NCBI GenBank assembly: GCA_041650615.1
Contig: JBAZKU010000001.1
Coordinates: forward strand, 91,763 to 155,762
From: Minisyncoccota bacterium
Lineage (GTDB): Bacteria > Patescibacteriota > Minisyncoccia > Phycocordibacterales > UBA9973
Direction of reading: 5' to 3'
DNA: 64,000 nucleotides
Shown: positions 37,279-46,395 of the stretch, one piece after another
Numbering within the stretch: the first letter of the stretch is position 1
How the letters are laid out: the number at the start of each line of letters is the position of its first letter
Notes under the pieces: model-generated
What the model was told of the DNA's origin: nothing
The model's database searches: none
Seen by the model: only the letters and a program-made list of their open reading frames with translations
Position numbers and translations under genes: made by a program

Positions 37279-38694
37279 ATGGAAAAGAAAGTTGTTACAA
37301 GATTTGCGCCCAGTCCGACGGGTTTTATGCATGTTGGAGGCATTCGCACTGCTTTATACGCATATTTATGGGCGAAGAAAAATAAAGGCACTTTTATATT
37401 AAGAATTGAAGATACGGATAAGGAAAGGGAAGTGAAGGGTTCAATAGACCATATTATTGAATCATTAAAATGGTTAGGGATTAATTGGGACGAAGGACCA
37501 AATATTGGAGGCCCACATAGTCCTTATTTACAATCAGAAAGGCTGGATTTATATAAAAAATACGCGAAAATTCTTATTGATAAAGGATTAGCATACCCTG
37601 ATCCATACACCGAAGAAGAAGTAGGGATTTTCCGCGATACGGCAGAATTAGCAAAAAAGCCGTTTTTATATAGGGAACACAGACCCGAGAAATTTGAAGA
37701 ATGGGATGGAACAAAACCGCTTCGTTTTAAAGTGTCTGAAATAAAAAGTTATAAATGGAACGATCTTGTTTATGGCGATTTATCTGCCGGACCTGAAGCG
37801 TTAGATGATTTTATTTTAATAAAAAGCGATGGTTATCCGACATATAATTTTGCGCATATTATAGACGATATTGAAATGGGTGTTACTTATGTCATGCGCG
37901 GTCAAGAATTTATCTCTTCCACTCCTAAATTTTTATCTATCTATGAAGCTTTAGGTATAAAACCGCCGCTTTATGCCACCTTGCCTCCAATAATGGCGGA
38001 TGGCGGAAAGAAAAAATTAGGCAAAAGAGATGGAGCAAAGGATATTTTAGAATATAGAAATGAAGGTTATTTGCCGGAAGCGATTATCAATTTCTTGGCT
38101 CTTTTAGGCTGGAACCCTGGCGATGACAGAGAAATTTTCACAATGAATGAGCTTATTGAGGTTTTTGATATTTCTCGTGTTGGACATTCTGGAGCGCAGA
38201 TGAATTTGGAGAAACTTGATTGGATAAATAAAGAGCACATCAAAAAACTTTCGACTGAAGAATTAAAAAAAGAAATTTTTAAATATTTGCCGGAAGAATT
38301 AAAAATAGAAAAAATTATTCCAGTAATATCGGAGAGAATCTCCAAATGGAGCGATATAAAAGATATGGTGGGAAGGGGAGACCTGGATTTCTTTTTTAAA
38401 CAGCCCAAATACGAAAAGGGGAAATTAATTTATAAAAACACAGCGGCTGAAAAAATCTCTCAGAATCTAACTGAAGCGATAAATGAATTGAACAAACTGG
38501 AAGAAAAAGATTTTAATCAAGAAAATATAAAAAATGTTTTGATGGAAATAGCTAATAAACTGGAAAGCAGGGGAGAATTATTGCATCCTGTCCGATACGC
38601 TTTATCGGGGCTTGATAAGTCTCCGGATCCGTTTATTATTGCCGAAATTTTAGGAAAAAATGAAACTTTGTCACGGCTACAGAAAACTATATAA
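37279..38694 (+). CDS. gltX: glutamyl-tRNA synthetase
   Basis: RFAPSPTGFMHVGG and KLGKRDG; TAAAAT lies 6 nt upstream of the ATG. Confidence 0.9.
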   Translation: MEKKVVTRFAPSPTGFMHVGGIRTALYAYLWAKKNKGTFILRIEDTDKEREVKGSIDHIIESLKWLGINWDEGPNIGGPHSPYLQSERLDLYKKYAKILIDKGLAYPDPYTEEEVGIFRDTAELAKKPFLYREHRPEKFEEWDGTKPLRFKVSEIKSYKWNDLVYGDLSAGPEALDDFILIKSDGYPTYNFAHIIDDIEMGVTYVMRGQEFISSTPKFLSIYEALGIKPPLYATLPPIMADGGKKKLGKRDGAKDILEYRNEGYLPEAIINFLALLGWNPGDDREIFTMNELIEVFDISRVGHSGAQMNLEKLDWINKEHIKKLSTEELKKEIFKYLPEELKIEKIIPVISERISKWSDIKDMVGRGDLDFFFKQPKYEKGKLIYKNTAAEKISQNLTEAINELNKLEEKDFNQENIKNVLMEIANKLESRGELLHPVRYALSGLDKSPDPFIIAEILGKNETLSRLQKTI

Positions 38695-39970
38695 GATAAC
38701 GTTTTTGTTTTTTTTAGGAGTTTTAATAATTATTCCTTTTGTTTTTTCTTATGCGCAGACAGTTCAGGAACTGAATAATAAAATAAATCAAAGAAATGCC
38801 GATATAGATAAATTAGAACAGGAAATAGCTCAGTATCAGACAGAACTTGATAGCTTAGGACAGCAGAAAGATTCTCTAAATACATCTTTAAAACAGCTTG
38901 ATTTAACCAGGAAAAAATTGGTAGCTAATATCTCCGTCACCCAAAATAAAATAGATAAAACGAATCTTAAAATACAAGAATTGAGTTTGCAAATAAACGA
39001 TAGGCAGGGTTCTATAACAAATAATACAGATGCCTTATCTCTAAGTATCAAAAACATGAATGAGCTTGAACAAAGCGATATATTAACAATGATATTGTCA
39101 GAAAATGGTTTTAGCTTGATTTGGAATGATATAGACAATATGGCTACCATAAATGATACGATTAGAGAAACAACTATTAAAGTAAGGCAAGCAAAAAGCA
39201 GTTTAGAAGATACTAAAGAAGAAACAACAGTCGCAAAGAATGAACTTGTCGCGCTTAAGGGGAGTCTTGCCGACCAGAAAAAGATTGTAGACCAAAATAC
39301 GGCAGAAAAAAAGGAACTTCTAGCACAAACAAAAAATAACGAATCTAATTATCAAAAATTACTAAAAGACAGATTAGCAAAAAAAGATGCATTTGAGAAA
39401 GAATTAAATGATTATGAATCCCAATTAAAATATATTCTTAATCCTTCTCTGCTTCCTAAGGGGGGAGTATTAAGTTGGCCGCTTGATTATGTATATATAA
39501 CTCAATTATTTGGTGTAACTAAGGATTCTAAACGTCTTTATGCTTCTGGTTCTCACAATGGTGTGGATTTTAGAGCTTCTGTGGGTACTCCTGTTAAAGC
39601 AATGGCTGATGGAATAGTTCTTGGAATCGGGGATACGGATATAACTTGCCCAGGCGCTTCTTTTGGAAAATTTGTTTTTATACAATACAACAATGGCCTT
39701 TCAAGCACTTATGGTCATCTTTCTTTAATTAAGGTTTCTAAGGGACAAAAGGTTTCAAGAGGAGAGATAGTAGGTTATTCCGGCAATACCGGTTACTCCA
39801 CCGGTCCACATCTACATGTATCAGTCTATGCTTCGGACGCGGTTAAAATGGAATCCAGGCCGAGTCAAGCCTGTGTAGGACGCACTTATACTATGCCTAT
39901 CGCCCCGATAGATGGTTATCTTGACCCGATGTATTATTTGCCCCCGACAACGGCAGATATGTTTAAATAG
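38660..39970 (+). CDS. M23 family peptidoglycan endopeptidase with N-terminal coiled coil (EnvC/LytM-like)
   Basis: HNGVDF and GPHLHVSV motifs. The 5' end overlaps gltX, so the true start may be downstream. Confidence 0.8.
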   Translation: MKLCHGYRKLYKITFLFFLGVLIIIPFVFSYAQTVQELNNKINQRNADIDKLEQEIAQYQTELDSLGQQKDSLNTSLKQLDLTRKKLVANISVTQNKIDKTNLKIQELSLQINDRQGSITNNTDALSLSIKNMNELEQSDILTMILSENGFSLIWNDIDNMATINDTIRETTIKVRQAKSSLEDTKEETTVAKNELVALKGSLADQKKIVDQNTAEKKELLAQTKNNESNYQKLLKDRLAKKDAFEKELNDYESQLKYILNPSLLPKGGVLSWPLDYVYITQLFGVTKDSKRLYASGSHNGVDFRASVGTPVKAMADGIVLGIGDTDITCPGASFGKFVFIQYNNGLSSTYGHLSLIKVSKGQKVSRGEIVGYSGNTGYSTGPHLHVSVYASDAVKMESRPSQACVGRTYTMPIAPIDGYLDPMYYLPPTTADMFK

Positions 39971-40013
39971 CGTAGTGTTGTCTTGAATGAATATTTTATG
40001 GTAAAATGTGAGA

Positions 40014-40086
40014 TGAATCCCGTTAGAAATTCAACTGACGGGGAGTATAGTATAATTATTAATTAATATAAATTTCTAACGGGATG
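40014..40086 (+). repeat. type I palindromic element
   Basis: TGAATCCCGTTAGAAATTC ... AATTTCTAACGGGATG; its ATG opens a 48-codon ORF. Confidence 0.8.
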
Positions 40087-40230
40087 GATAATAATATAAA
40101 AAATAAACAAGGCGGGTTTTTGAAATTGATAATTCTAATTGTTGTCATTTTGTTTTTGTTAAGTTATTTTCATGTTTCGGTAAGCCAAGCAATAGATTGG
40201 GTCATAAATACAATAAAAAGTGTTTTTTAA
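40084..40230 (+). CDS. 48-aa single-TM micro-protein (below the ORF-track cutoff)
   Basis: The ATG is supplied by the right arm of a type I element, as for ftsW, murG and aspS. It has a hydrophobic core LKLIILIVVILFLL. Confidence 0.4.
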   Translation: MDNNIKNKQGGFLKLIILIVVILFLLSYFHVSVSQAIDWVINTIKSVF

Positions 40231-40248
40231 CATTTATTTAACATTAAA

Positions 40249-40572
40249 ATGACAAAATTCAAAAAAGAAAGAGGAGGAATAAGTATTATCGGAATTTTAC
40301 TTTTTGGATTTGTTGTCATATTAGTGCTTAGTTATTTTAAAATAAGCGTCAGATCAGTGGTAGAAAGTCCTACCGGACAGGACAATATAAGCTATGTCGG
40401 GGGAGGGACTAGAAGTTTATGGAATGATTACCTCAAAGAACCGGCATCATATCTTTGGAATGATATTTTTATAGATATTTTTTGGAAATCTTTTATAAAT
40501 AATATGGAGCGAATTAGAGATGGTGAACCGACGGACTATGAGATGAATGCTCCTGTTGTAAACAGGCAATAG
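40249..40572 (+). CDS. hypothetical membrane-anchored protein
   Basis: 107 aa with an N-terminal TM helix. Confidence 0.55.
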   Translation: MTKFKKERGGISIIGILLFGFVVILVLSYFKISVRSVVESPTGQDNISYVGGGTRSLWNDYLKEPASYLWNDIFIDIFWKSFINNMERIRDGEPTDYEMNAPVVNRQ

Positions 40573-40627
40573 GGAATAGCCTTTTTGTCAACATTGCTAG
40601 GTTAATACCACGTCGCACAATATATGT

Positions 40628-40668
40628 TTGGGGTAGTATAATACTACCCCAAACATTGCGCAGATTGT
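40628..40668. terminator. bidirectional terminator candidate: 16-bp perfect stem ATGTTTGGGGTAGTAT-AA-ATACTACCCCAAACAT between convergent genes
   Basis: Flanked by the direct repeat ACGTCGCACAAT at 40611 and 40681. Confidence 0.5.
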
Positions 40669-40711
40669 ACGAGCATTAAAACGTCGCACAATCTGCTTTA
40701 GGTATGGTTTA

Positions 40712-41164
40712 TTATCTACACGAACTAGAAAGCACATAACCTGCACTCTCCGCTTCTGTAGATGTTGCAAAATAAATTCTATTTTCTTGTTTGATAGTTT
40801 TTCCAGCAGAACAACTTATGGAATAATATTTACTCCCCTTACTTGAAGCAAAAAAATTCCCTGAAGTTGATTTTGACGTATTTATTGAATTTTGGTCTAT
40901 AGAACTTATTACATTGGCTTCTTGACCCTCATATTCTCCTGCCTGCGCAGGCAGGATTTTTATACCTGAGTTTGTGTCACTTTTAGATAGTCTACCTAGC
41001 TCAAATGAGCCTAAACCAACCAAAATTATGATAATAATGACCAAAATATCCTTACCCTTATCGCTTTCTACGAATTGCTTGACCCCGTTAAAGACAGGGG
41101 GTCGCTGCGAGCCCTCGCGGTCTTTAACGGGGTTGATTTTTTTTGAGGGATAGTGTAAACTCAT
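40712..41164 (-). CDS. hypothetical secreted/anchored protein carrying two in-frame palindromic insertions
   Basis: 150 aa with an N-terminal TM. Contains the 18-bp palindrome (LPAQAG) and a 50-bp palindrome at 41083..41132. Confidence 0.6.
   Translation of the reverse strand: MSLHYPSKKINPVKDREGSQRPPVFNGVKQFVESDKGKDILVIIIIILVGLGSFELGRLSKSDTNSGIKILPAQAGEYEGQEANVISSIDQNSINTSKSTSGNFFASSKGSKYYSISCSAGKTIKQENRIYFATSTEAESAGYVLSSSCR
40938..40955. repeat. 18-bp palindrome CCTGCCTGCGCAGGCAGG, in frame (LPAQAG)
   Basis: One of four copies. Confidence 0.85.
41083..41132. repeat. ~50-bp GC-rich palindrome CCCCGTTAAAGAC ... GTCTTTAACGGGG inside a CDS
   Basis: Read directly. Confidence 0.6.
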
Positions 41165-41196
41165 ATTGTTTATAAATTATATCATAAAAACAACAT

Positions 41197-41469
41197 ATGG
41201 CACATAGAAAAGCCGGCGGAACAGCGAAAAACTTAAGAGATTCAAATCCAAAGTACCTTGGTACTAAGCTTACGGATGGCCAAAAGGCAGAATCCGGCTC
41301 TATTATCATCCGCCAACGTGGTACGGTCATTATGGCTGGTAATAATGTCTCTATGGGTAAGGACCATACTCTTTTTGCCCTAAAACCTGGTATAGTTAAA
41401 TTTGGCTCTAGACGCAAAATCTCCTTTAATGGTAGGACGGTAATCAAAAAGACTGTTAGTGTAATTTAA
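41197..41469 (+). CDS. rpmA: ribosomal protein bL27
   Basis: [22 protein letters not shown]...IIIRQRGT. Confidence 0.95.
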   Translation: MAHRKAGGTAKNLRDSNPKYLGTKLTDGQKAESGSIIIRQRGTVIMAGNNVSMGKDHTLFALKPGIVKFGSRRKISFNGRTVIKKTVSVI

Positions 41470-41476
41470 AAAAGCA

Positions 41477-41932
41477 TTATTCTGCTTTTTTTATTTCTTC
41501 TATGATAAGCTTAAACGAAGATTTTTTGCCTTTTATTAGAATTGGGATTTCAAACTCCCCTATTTCTTTAATTGGTTTTTCCAGAACAATAAATTTTTCA
41601 TCTATTTGGACATGGCATTCTTCATTCATGGCGTCTACTATCATTTTTTCATGAATGGCGGAAAAAAGATGACCCTTTTCATCCGCTTTTGCCTTTATAG
41701 TAATAGTCTTACCCTTTATCTCTTCTAAATTTTTTTCCAAAAGATCTTCTTGCACTTCCCTTTCAATTACGATTTCTTTTTTATGTATTTCAACTTCCGC
41801 TATGGCTTTCGGAGTTGCAAGTGTTGCCCATTTTTTGGGGAATAAAAAATTTAAAGCATAGCCATCATTTATTTCTTTTATATCATATTTTCTGCCTACT
41901 TTCGGTATATCTTGTAAAAGGATTATTTTCAT
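41477..41932 (-). CDS. rplI: ribosomal protein bL9
   Basis: MKIILLQDIPKVGRKYDIKEINDGYALNFLFP. Confidence 0.9.
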   Translation of the reverse strand: MKIILLQDIPKVGRKYDIKEINDGYALNFLFPKKWATLATPKAIAEVEIHKKEIVIEREVQEDLLEKNLEEIKGKTITIKAKADEKGHLFSAIHEKMIVDAMNEECHVQIDEKFIVLEKPIKEIGEFEIPILIKGKKSSFKLIIEEIKKAE

Positions 41933-41935
41933 ATT

Positions 41936-43162
41936 TTATTTAATACCCGGCCAATTAATTAATAAATCTACCGCTTTATTTAACTGAGGGTCTATTTTAT
42001 TATTAATATCTTTTTGAGTAATAGATGCCTTGTAATCCGGGGTTAATCCTTTTTCAGAAATGGAATTGCCATTTGGGGTTAACCACTTGGCCACAGTAAT
42101 CTTTAAAATAGTATCTTGAGTTACATTTACAACTTCTTGAACGGAACCTTTTCCATAACTCTGTTCTCCTACTAGTAAAGCCTTTTTATAATCTTGCATT
42201 GCCCCGGCAAGTATTTCAGACGCTGATGCAGAACCGTTATCTATTAAAATTACAAATTTTAATTTATCTGTAAATACATTATATCCTTCACTCCTATATA
42301 TTTTGGGTTTTGAATTATTTCCGTAATCTTCCGTTACGACGGGTTTTCCTCCTTCTAAAAACCAACTTGACATACTAACAGCCGCATCCAAATATCCTCC
42401 CGGATTCCCTCTCAAATCAAGTAATAATTTATCGGACCCCGATATGGAAAATTCTTTAAGCGCACTTTGGAAAAGCCTAGCTGAGCTTGCGGAGAAACTA
42501 TAAAGTTTTATCACAAAAATTCCGTCTTTTCTCAATTCCGTATCAAGAGTCGGTATTTCTATAGTGTCTCGCACGATTTTTATTTCTTTTGGTTTTTTAT
42601 CTCCATCGCGCAAAATTGTAAGCGTTACTGTCGTACCCGCTTTTCCTCTAATGAAACTTATTGCCTTCTCTACGCTCAAACCGGAAGTGGCCATATTATC
42701 AATCTTAAGAATTTGGTCGCCCGATTTTATATCAGCTTTATAAGCGGGGGTATCTTTGAGAGGGGCAATTACTGTAAGCACTTTATCTTTCATACCCACT
42801 TCCATACCGACTCCTTCAAAATTTCCCTGTATATTGCCCTCAAACAACTCAGTTTCTTCTGGGGTGAAAAATATGCTATATGGGTCATTTAAGGAGCCCA
42901 CAAGCCCAGAAATAGCCCCATATATCTTCTCTTGGTCTGTTATCTTGCTGACATTTGGGTATTTATCGTTTATACTGTTCCAAACTTTCCAAAATGGAGA
43001 GAAATCAGCCTGGGTTGCAACTGCAGTCTCTTTGCCTAATATATTGACAACTTTATCTATTTCTGGTCCATTATGAAATCCTACATAAACACCAAAACCA
43101 AAAAAAACAGCTACAAGTAAAATTGTGGCTTGCGTGCGTCTCATTTTAAGGTATTCCAACAT
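41936..43162 (-). CDS. ctpA: S41 C-terminal processing peptidase
   Basis: PDZ domain plus DLRGNPGGYL; N-terminal TM anchor. Confidence 0.85.
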   Translation of the reverse strand: MLEYLKMRRTQATILLVAVFFGFGVYVGFHNGPEIDKVVNILGKETAVATQADFSPFWKVWNSINDKYPNVSKITDQEKIYGAISGLVGSLNDPYSIFFTPEETELFEGNIQGNFEGVGMEVGMKDKVLTVIAPLKDTPAYKADIKSGDQILKIDNMATSGLSVEKAISFIRGKAGTTVTLTILRDGDKKPKEIKIVRDTIEIPTLDTELRKDGIFVIKLYSFSASSARLFQSALKEFSISGSDKLLLDLRGNPGGYLDAAVSMSSWFLEGGKPVVTEDYGNNSKPKIYRSEGYNVFTDKLKFVILIDNGSASASEILAGAMQDYKKALLVGEQSYGKGSVQEVVNVTQDTILKITVAKWLTPNGNSISEKGLTPDYKASITQKDINNKIDPQLNKAVDLLINWPGIK

Positions 43163-43185
43163 AAGATTTTATTATATCACTAAAT

Positions 43186-43458
43186 TTATTTTTTATTTAA
43201 TTTGACTTGTTCTTCCAAGTTTATCTCAATTTCATTAAAATTATTATTTTCGGAAAAATTATCGAAGGTTTTTTCTTCTGTCTCCCCTGCTTTAAAATCC
43301 CTGTATAGCATATAACCGAAACAAATAATTGCCAGGCCGGAGATTGAAAAGAGTATATTCTTAAAAGAATATGGAAAACCTAAATATGGCAATACCGCTA
43401 CCCAAACACCTAATCCAAAAATTATTTTCACTTTAGTCATTTTTATATTATATAGCAT
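43186..43458 (-). CDS. small membrane protein
   Basis: 90 aa with two TM helices. Confidence 0.5.
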   Translation of the reverse strand: MLYNIKMTKVKIIFGLGVWVAVLPYLGFPYSFKNILFSISGLAIICFGYMLYRDFKAGETEEKTFDNFSENNNFNEIEINLEEQVKLNKK

Positions 43459-43510
43459 TTAAATAAGCAAAACAATACTTTTTCACGGACCGAAAAAAGC
43501 ATTGTTTTGC

Positions 43511-45205
43511 TTATTTAAAATACTCCGGAGTATTTATGGACATCCAATCCAAAAGTTGACGCATGACGGAAGATGCGCCTACGCTATTCGAAGATGGTCC
43601 TGCTTCCATCATTATAGTGAACGCATATTTGGGATTTTCATAAGGGAAAAACCCTATAATCCAAGAGTTAACTTTATTTTTATTTACCCCGAGCTGAGCG
43701 GTCCCGGTTTTAGAAGCGACTTGCACATAAGGCACATTTATTAGTGAGGAAGTTCCTACCAAAACGCTTTGTCTCATTCCTTCATGAACAACATCAAAAT
43801 ATTCTCTTTTTAAATCCAAGATTGAAATTTTATTTTCCTTTTCCACATCTCCTAAAACATAATGCGGAGTAATCAATGTACCATAATTCGCGATAGCAGA
43901 TACCGCACGCGTCATTTCTATAGGAGTTACTTGAAATCCATATTGTCCGATAACAGTATTATAAGTATCTCCTACGCGCCATGGTTCACCCTTAAAGTTT
44001 TTTATTTTCCATTCAGGACTTGGAATTACTCCTCCTTTTTCATCCGGCAAATCCACTCCGGTTTTTTCTCCAATGCCGAAAAGTTTTGCATATTTTTCAA
44101 TATTAACTATACCCAAACCTTTTTGGTCTTCAAATCCACCGCCGATTTCATAAAAATAAATGTCGCTGGATACGGCCAAAGCTTGCCGCATATCTACCCA
44201 TCCATGCGCTTTCCAGTCTTTAAAAACAGTCTTCTGGTCCGGGAAATATGGATTTGGTATTGAAATAGAATCTGTAGATAATATTTTTTTCAAGGGATCA
44301 ATTACGCCTTCTGTCAGCGCTCCTATGGCAAAAAATGGCTTTACGATAGAACCTGGCGTATAAAGTCCGGAGATGGTTTTATCTAAAAAAACTTTTCTTT
44401 TATCATTTAAATAATCTTGAATTGTTTTAGTATCTTTACCCAGAGAAAGGATTTCAGAATTATATTCCGGGAAACTGACAGAAGCTAATACTTCCCCGTT
44501 ATTAACATCCATTAATATGCCTGCTCCACCCGAAAAAGAATTGCTTTGTGATAGATTCTGAATCAGGGTATATAACTCTTTTTGAATACGCGAATCAATT
44601 GTTGTTACCAGGTCAACGCCGCGCAATGGAGCATTTACTATATTTTCTGAATGGACTATCTTATGTGCATCTATTTCTACTATTTTTGAGCCATTGGTTC
44701 CTTCCAGTGATTGATTATATTGTTTTTCCAACCCATCTTTGCCTATAAAATTGCTTTGCCAATAGTTTCCGGATTTATCTTGCATTGGATAACTTACGTA
44801 GCCCAAAAGATGTGAAAATCCTGGAGATAAATATGAGCGAATTGAGGTAGGTAAATCGGCATTTTTTGTGTTCCAAGCAAGTTCTTTTTTATTTCTGTCA
44901 TAAATAATTCCCCTATCGCTGAAAATAATTTGTTTTTCTAAGACATTGTTTTGGCTTCTATTTAAATATGCCTCACCTTTTTGTATTTGAAGATAACCAA
45001 GTCTGACAGAAAATATTCCTACAAATAATAAAAAAAAAGCGCCGATAAAGGAGATGGTTTTTTTAGAAATTGGTTTTTCTATTCGGCCTTCAAATTGCTG
45101 GCGGTCGAAATTTTGTAAATTTTTAGAATCAAGAAAAATCTCATCGGGCTCTACGAAGAAGTTGGCATTTTTAATTTTTCTTTTCCTTAACATTTTTCTA
45201 ATCAT
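43511..45205 (-). CDS. class B penicillin-binding protein (PBP2/FtsI-type transpeptidase)
   Basis: SIVKP (SxxK), SSD (SxN) and KTGTA (KTG) motifs; N-terminal TM. Confidence 0.85.
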   Translation of the reverse strand: MIRKMLRKRKIKNANFFVEPDEIFLDSKNLQNFDRQQFEGRIEKPISKKTISFIGAFFLLFVGIFSVRLGYLQIQKGEAYLNRSQNNVLEKQIIFSDRGIIYDRNKKELAWNTKNADLPTSIRSYLSPGFSHLLGYVSYPMQDKSGNYWQSNFIGKDGLEKQYNQSLEGTNGSKIVEIDAHKIVHSENIVNAPLRGVDLVTTIDSRIQKELYTLIQNLSQSNSFSGGAGILMDVNNGEVLASVSFPEYNSEILSLGKDTKTIQDYLNDKRKVFLDKTISGLYTPGSIVKPFFAIGALTEGVIDPLKKILSTDSISIPNPYFPDQKTVFKDWKAHGWVDMRQALAVSSDIYFYEIGGGFEDQKGLGIVNIEKYAKLFGIGEKTGVDLPDEKGGVIPSPEWKIKNFKGEPWRVGDTYNTVIGQYGFQVTPIEMTRAVSAIANYGTLITPHYVLGDVEKENKISILDLKREYFDVVHEGMRQSVLVGTSSLINVPYVQVASKTGTAQLGVNKNKVNSWIIGFFPYENPKYAFTIMMEAGPSSNSVGASSVMRQLLDWMSINTPEYFK

Positions 45206-45213
45206 ATTGCTGT

Positions 45214-45477
45214 TTAATTTGAAACTCTGATTTTCTTTTTTAATAATTCAATTATTATCAAAACTAAAAAGGAAACGATTAAAGAAACAAAAAATATATT
45301 GAAAAATCGAGCTTCACTCACTCCATAAAGTAAATCCGAAAGGAAGAATAAAACGACACTTTCCCAAAAAAAAGAGAAATAGACCATTCCTGCCAAGGCC
45401 AGTATAATGGATACCCAAAAAGGCATAAAAAGTATAGATAATAGCAGTATCAAAAAGGCTGAAATTCGGAGTACCAT
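45214..45477 (-). CDS. small polytopic membrane protein, possibly MreD-like
   Basis: 87 aa with three TM helices, immediately upstream of the PBP2 gene. Assignment rests on position only. Confidence 0.3.
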   Translation of the reverse strand: MVLRISAFLILLLSILFMPFWVSIILALAGMVYFSFFWESVVLFFLSDLLYGVSEARFFNIFFVSLIVSFLVLIIIELLKKKIRVSN

Positions 45478-45508
45478 AATCCTATTTTACACGCTTAAAT
45501 TTAAAAAG

Positions 45509-46318
45509 CTAGAAAAAGAAATTCCAAATAAAACGCAAAATTAAAAAAGCAATAATAGCCAAAACGCCATAAAATAAAATTTTATTATTGAGAATAAATG
45601 AAGAAATTGTAAGGAAAAATAATTCCACATATTTTAGCGGTTGTAATATGGAATTTTGAGGGACTTCTTCTTTTGGCGTAGTGGTAGTATTAGCCAAAGC
45701 CTTTATTTCTTTTTGTACTTCTGTTTTTTTACTATCAGACGCAATATTTATATTTGTTCGAAATTGTTCCAAGGCGTTTACGGCAGAAATTATGGGTTCT
45801 GTGATAAAACTTGGCGTTTTTTCTGTTATAGTTTTTTCTATATCTGAAATAGATGTAAAAGTGGAATTTGCGCCAGTATCGGTGGATTGGGAAGTTATTT
45901 TTTTAGAAACGGTGCGGGAACTTTTTTCTGTTTGATTTTCAGTGAGAGATACCGTTTCATAATTTCCATTTGATAATAAGAATTTGGCGTTTTCAATCTG
46001 ACCGAAAATTGTATGGTCTCCGGCAGTGACCGTCCAATTAATAGAAATAGTGCTTGTAGCATTAGCAGCTACCGTAAAGTCTTTTTTACCCAATAAAATA
46101 GTATTATCGAAAAAATTTACCGTGCCGGATAATTGCCTATTGTCGGGGTTAAAAACAAATGTATAAATCTTGATCTTATCCCCTTCTATAAATGGGTCTT
46201 TGGAATACCAAATATTAGCCGAGACAAAACCGGTATTCGCGCTTTGGGCGAATATTTTTTGGATTGGAAATAAAGAAAATATTAAAAATAAAATTATTCC
46301 GATTTTTTTAAGAGTCAT
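45509..46318 (-). CDS. hypothetical surface protein (signal peptide, Ser/Thr-rich linker, C-terminal TM)
   Basis: 269 aa. Confidence 0.6.
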   Translation of the reverse strand: MTLKKIGIILFLIFSLFPIQKIFAQSANTGFVSANIWYSKDPFIEGDKIKIYTFVFNPDNRQLSGTVNFFDNTILLGKKDFTVAANATSTISINWTVTAGDHTIFGQIENAKFLLSNGNYETVSLTENQTEKSSRTVSKKITSQSTDTGANSTFTSISDIEKTITEKTPSFITEPIISAVNALEQFRTNINIASDSKKTEVQKEIKALANTTTTPKEEVPQNSILQPLKYVELFFLTISSFILNNKILFYGVLAIIAFLILRFIWNFFF

Positions 46319-46395
46319 AGGAATATTATATCAGATTTTACCACAAGTCAGACATGTGAGTTATCCCACATGTCTGACTTGTGGAATGACTTCTG

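Noticed and set aside
30816-40086. Micro-ORFs beginning ATGAATCCCGTTAGAA (MNPVR...) in the left arms of type I elements
   Set aside because: Peptide sequences downstream of MNPVR are not conserved between copies (13-24 codons, different frames in one copy). The ATG is better explained as part of the arm's palindromic symmetry with the right-arm GGGATGAA.
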